Of a stretch of 64,000 nucleotides of DNA, positions 56,690-64,000 are shown piece by piece. The position numbers and the translations under genes were made by a program. The DNA comes from Eledone cirrhosa (Eukaryota). A model generated the notes under the pieces. That model had not been told where the DNA came from. It was given only the letters and a program-made list of their open reading frames with translations, and did not search any database. The stretch lies in NCBI GenBank assembly GCA_964016885.1, contig OZ024742.1, forward strand, positions 315,146,001-315,210,000. Reading direction: 5' to 3'. The first letter of the stretch is position 1, and each line of letters opens with the position of its first letter.

Positions 56690-56995
56690 TGATAGCATCG
56701 GTAGAGCATCGGACAGATGACATGCTTTACGACATACAGTTACGTCCTTTTACGTTCTGAGTTTAAATCCCACCGAGGTTAGCTTTGCTTTTCATATTAC
56801 GAAGTATATAAAATACAATTCCCGCACGAAACACACTAAATTAGTTATGTTAAGAAGAGCATCCAGCCATAGAAGCCATGCGAAATATATAATACATGAG
56901 CAGCATGAGGTCGCTCCAGTAGTATGTCTGGTCTCCGACTGTGACAACTCATCCAACATATGCCAGTGGCTGGAAACTGGATTTAAAATGAGGAT
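56690..56995 (+). mobile_element. Degraded tRNA-SINE
   Basis: ATCGGTAGAGCATCGGACA..TCTGAGTTTAAATCCCACCGAGGTTAGCTTTGCTTTTCAT head; AAGAGCATCCAGCCATAGAA tail domain. Confidence 0.65.
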
Positions 56996-57699
56996 AGTTA
57001 GATTTTTTTAATTTAATACCTGTATGTATAACTTTTCAATCCTAATTACTTGTGCCAGCCGATATTGATATGTAAAACTGGGGTGTATATTCTAATTTTT
57101 TTCTGTATATGAAGGGCCTCCAAAACTTACGTGCCCCTCTCCACCAAGATCTAAATCCGGGCTTGGCTGTACTTGCAACTTTCATGTGAGTGTGTATGTA
57201 TGAATATTCCGAGTAGGGACCCAATTTCGCACCTAAATTCCTAAGATCAAATTCAATTAATTTATCATTTGAGTGAAGCTGCTATTGCAATTTTACGTTG
57301 TGTTTTATAGTATTGTGTATCTATAGATATTCGGTCAAACGCCCGTCAATATGTAAATAGAGGTATGTTTATGCTCAGACAATATGTTGATAACTTTCCT
57401 TATTGATTAATTGTATAACTTCTAAGAACATATTTGCGGAGGAGTGTCTTTTCTCTGTAGCTATAATCACTGCCATTGCATTGTATTAGGAATGTGTGTA
57501 CAGTGTCTGTACGGCGATTTTAAAGCAATAAAATATAAAACAATGGCGAAAATAAAAGACAAAACTTTCTATTAAAGCAGATATAACAGATTTGTGAGGA
57601 AAGATGTTAGGAAATAAAATAAACAAAGTAGGCCTTTTACTGAGCTGCCTTAGCTTTGGAAGGACCATTCATGTAAATACAGGTTTCTGATTTAGGCAC

Positions 57700-57898
57700 A
57701 AGGCCAACAATTTGGGAGAAGAGGAAAGTCGATTAAATCGACCCCAGTGCATTACTGGTACTTTAATTTACCGACCGTGTAGGCATAAAAGGCAAAGCAA
57801 GCCCCGGCAGGATTTGAACTCAGATAGTAATGGGGCGTAACTCTATGCCATAAAGCATGTTGTCCGACGCTCTACAGATACTGCCAATCCACCGCCCC
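57700..57898 (-). mobile_element. tRNA-SINE (same family as 21459)
   Basis: Same head, core and tail; ATTCATGTAAATA-like direct repeat on both sides (possible TSD). Confidence 0.85.
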
Positions 57899-58424
57899 CA
57901 TTCATGTAAATATTAATAAACATAGGTGAGACTGGATACGGTTGCTAGTTCTATAATATCATCAGATGTGTATTTCCACTTGTATAGAACAAAGATTGTA
58001 TTGTCTTGTCTCACATTTATGCTATATACTTTCACAATAACTTAAATACGTTTCCACCATTGCAACCAGAATACATGCAATTATTTTCCCTTGGTTCTAG
58101 TGTCGTAAATGTAAACCAATAACATAGCTATGGTTGATGTGCAACCCTATATCTATTGATATATAAATAAACAATAAACAAATAAACAACCATCCGGTTA
58201 TTAAACTAAATGGAAATGTAAAATAAATTGAAGTGAAAACCAAAAGGTGTGTGTGTTTTTATTGGCAGCATGACCCACCAAAAGTATAACAATATATACA
58301 TACATGTATAAACATACACACACACATATATATATATATTTATTTATATATATATTTATTTATTTATTTATATATATATTTATTTATATATATTTATATA
58401 TATTTATATATATTTATATATATT

Positions 58425-58458
<34 letters not shown>

Positions 58459-58460
58459 AA

Positions 58461-59310
58461 TGAGAAGAAAGAAGAATACTGCGTGGTTGCACATGGGTTA
58501 CATATGATAAAAATAGTCCTTCGTCAGTGATTTTCCAACCATCATTGATATTTCATCGCATTAAAAATCATATACCTCAGGTTGGTGCGAGCAATATCTA
58601 AATAAAGCTATTGGGACAAGTAAATAGCGTAAAGCGAGTGAGACAAGTAAACAACATAGAAGGATGAAAGCAACGGAAAGATAGGAATAAACAAGCAACA
58701 TGGTTATCCGGTCAGCATAAGCTGGGTGGATTTTATGAGCGATCGTGATACAGACCGTCCGACGTGAGTGAGATGTGAGCAAGAAGAGAACACACTACAA
58801 GCCAAACGGGAGGAAGTGAGAAGGGGAGAAACAGAGAGTGAGTGAGTGGAAGTGTGAGGAAGAGGTCAGTCGAGAGAAAGTGTAACTGACAGAGGGGGTG
58901 AAAGAAGATGAGAGCAACAGAGAGAACGGGGAAGCAGTAAGAGAGAAACAGACAAACGCAGCCGAGGTAAATATATATAAAAAACATGAGAAGAAAGAAG
59001 AATACTGCGTGGTTGCACATGGGTTACATATGATAAAAATAGTCCTTCGTCAGTGATTTTCCAACCATCATTGGTATTTCATCGCATTAAAAATCATATA
59101 CCTCAGGTTGGTGCGAGCAATAGCTAAATAAAGTTATTGGGACAAGTAAATCGCGTAAAGCGAGTGAGACAAGTAAACAACATAGAAGGATGAAAACAAC
59201 GCAAAGATAGGAATAAACAAGCAACATGGTTATCCGGTCAGCATAAGCTGGGTGGATTTCATGAGCGATCGATATACAGACCGTCCGACGTGAGTGAGAT
59301 GTGAGCAAGA

Positions 59311-59312
<2 letters not shown>
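58461..59312 (-). repeat. Tandem array of ~1.6 units of 526 bp (retrozyme-like), subfamily 2
   Basis: TGAGAAGAAAGAAGAATACTGCG at 58461 and 58987; reverse complement is homologous to the 40081-42040 unit; TA tracts on both flanks. Confidence 0.92.
59042..59143 (-). ncRNA. Candidate permuted hammerhead with k-turn, subfamily 2 (also at 58516-58617)
   Basis: Minus strand TCGCA-CCAACC-TGA-GGTAT-A|TGATTTT-TAA-TGCGA-T-GAAA-TACC-AAT-GAT-GGTTGG-AAAATCA-CTGACGA-A-GGAC. Confidence 0.6.
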
Positions 59313-59356
<44 letters not shown>

Positions 59357-59358
<2 letters not shown>

Positions 59359-59612
59359 TAGGCACGTTTCGGCCACGAATGACCATGATTTGACGCAAGA
59401 AAGTTTCCCCATCGAGGCAGTCGTTCATGTATGCCAGTCATTCGTCTGCGACATGTCAAATGGAAAAGCAATCACCAATACAGCTTGGCACCTGTGACGT
59501 CCCAACTCATTTCTACAGCTGAGTAAAATAAAGTGTTTTTATCAAAAACAAAACACACCGCACGGTCCCGGATTCATACTCAAAACCTTACGGTTGTGAG
59601 CTCAACGCTCAC
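59357..59612 (-). mobile_element. tRNA-SINE related to 7110-7370
   Basis: Shared AACTCATTTCTACAGCTGAGTA..AAGTGTTTT..CAAAAACA..CCGGATTC body. Confidence 0.6.
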
Positions 59613-59644
59613 ATATATGTATACACAATTACAAAAATAGATAT

Positions 59645-59792
59645 CTTTCTTTATTTGCCACAAGGGCGTACAAGAAATGGGACATTATAAGACGTGACGG
59701 CGGCGGTTTTACATAAAAATCGTATGAACTTTAACATTAATAAATAACAATAAACTATATATAAAAAAATTAACAATCGAAATCCCCAAAAG

Positions 59793-59795
<3 letters not shown>
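59645..59795 (-). mobile_element. Tx1 3' UTR fragment
   Basis: TTTCTTTATTTGCCACAAGGG..GGGACA..GGTTTTACA..AAATCCCCAAAAGGGG matches 12357-12531. Confidence 0.7.
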
Positions 59796-62749
<2,954 letters not shown>

Positions 62750-63074
62750 TGGCGCGAAATTTATTATAATTATAATTATTGACAAACCAATCAAATTACT
62801 TCTCGAAAAACCTGGCATTTCGAGCCACTTTTCTCATATAAAACAAGTAGCATTCAGAGACCAACCAGATGTGAGAAAAACCACAGACCTTCCATCTCAA
62901 CTCACCTTTTGAAAAGCAGAAGAACTGCGAAACTGGTAAAGGAACCAAATAAATATATATTTTTTTTTTAAAAATAAGACTCCAGTTGCATATTCGATTT
63001 CATCTCTTTTTCTTTAAACTTTCACTCGTGTAGGACACCTCGTTTATTTTTCATTTTGTAAAAAAAAACCTCAC

Positions 63075-63137
<63 letters not shown>

Positions 63138-63197
63138 CCCTTTTGGGGATTTCGATTGATAATTTTTTTTATATATACATCTATACATACATATAAC

Positions 63198-63320
63198 TAT
63201 AGAAATATGTAAAATCCCGACCGCGACGCAAGGCGGTTTCGGTTTGTGTGTTCAGCAAGCCTTTTTACATATTTCTATACCCACTCTTCTACATCTCTCC
63301 ATGTATCGAGTACAAACATA
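63198..63320. mobile_element. Small hairpin-bounded element resembling Penelope pLTR remnants
   Basis: TAGAAATATGTAAAA...TTTTACATATTTCTA inverted ends, followed by ACCCACTCTTCTA..TATCGAGTAC tail similar to 25708-25738. Confidence 0.4.
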
Positions 63321-63908
63321 ATTAATGGTCTTCTCGATCTCAGCATCGTTCAAGCATGCTAGTTTCTATTCTCTGTGCTACTAATCAAGGATAAGGCCGG
63401 GCGGATGTAACACACCGCAGGTAAACGTAGGACGCAAAGTAGTAAAGGAGACTGCCATAGAATTCATCATTTTGATAATACCACGAATTCACTGATCTAG
63501 TAAGGCACTTTATTTATCGACCATAAAATTGACCTCGGTGGGAGTTACGTTGACTATGCATTTAATCGAACGTTCTAAGGCCTGCTCCGCAACGCACACA
63601 TACACATACGTACGTATGTATGTAAACAAACAGATACATTTGCGTGTTTGTGTATATAAGTATGAGGCACCAGCAATTTAATACTCTCGGGTCCCGAACA
63701 ACAGCATCCCTACCCGCCGCTTATTAAATTTGCTAATCTATCTCCGGCGAAATGTTATTTCCTGAGGCAAATAATTTTCTTTAGACTTTAAAAAACTTTA
63801 TACATTACAAGAAATCCCATATGTTATAAAATAAATAGGATAGTTCTGAATATGTAATTTTGGTTTTTAGGAAATCAACGGAGGCAACCTTGAAAAATTA
63901 CCGATTTT

Positions 63909-63954
<46 letters not shown>

Positions 63955-64000
63955 TTAAGCTTAAGAAAATTAACAAAAAGAGGACAATAAAACGAACGGA

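Overview
AT-rich, repeat-saturated eukaryotic DNA with no recognisable host gene. The SINE families and huge (TA)n tracts suggest an octopus/cephalopod intergenic or intronic region (inference). Contents: two R4/Dong-like RLE LINE families flanked by (TACA)n and (TAA)n; a full-length but frameshifted Tx1/L1-like LINE plus truncated copies; a CR1-like LINE with an intact ~1000-codon APE-RT frame; a Penelope (RT+GIY-YIG) 3' half with a minimal hammerhead; CRE- and RTE-like fragments; many tRNA-SINEs; a hAT MITE; palindromic mini-elements; and a 200-N gap. The most interesting signal is a ~530-bp tandem repeat present as two diverged subfamilies (40081-42040 +, 58461-59312 -). Each unit carries all hammerhead catalytic-core strands (UA cleavage site, GAAA, CUGAYGA) in a permuted, pseudoknotted order, held together by a k-turn arm, with several compensatory base changes between the subfamilies. 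It is a candidate new hammerhead topology in a retrozyme-like element; this is a by-eye structure prediction with no activity data.
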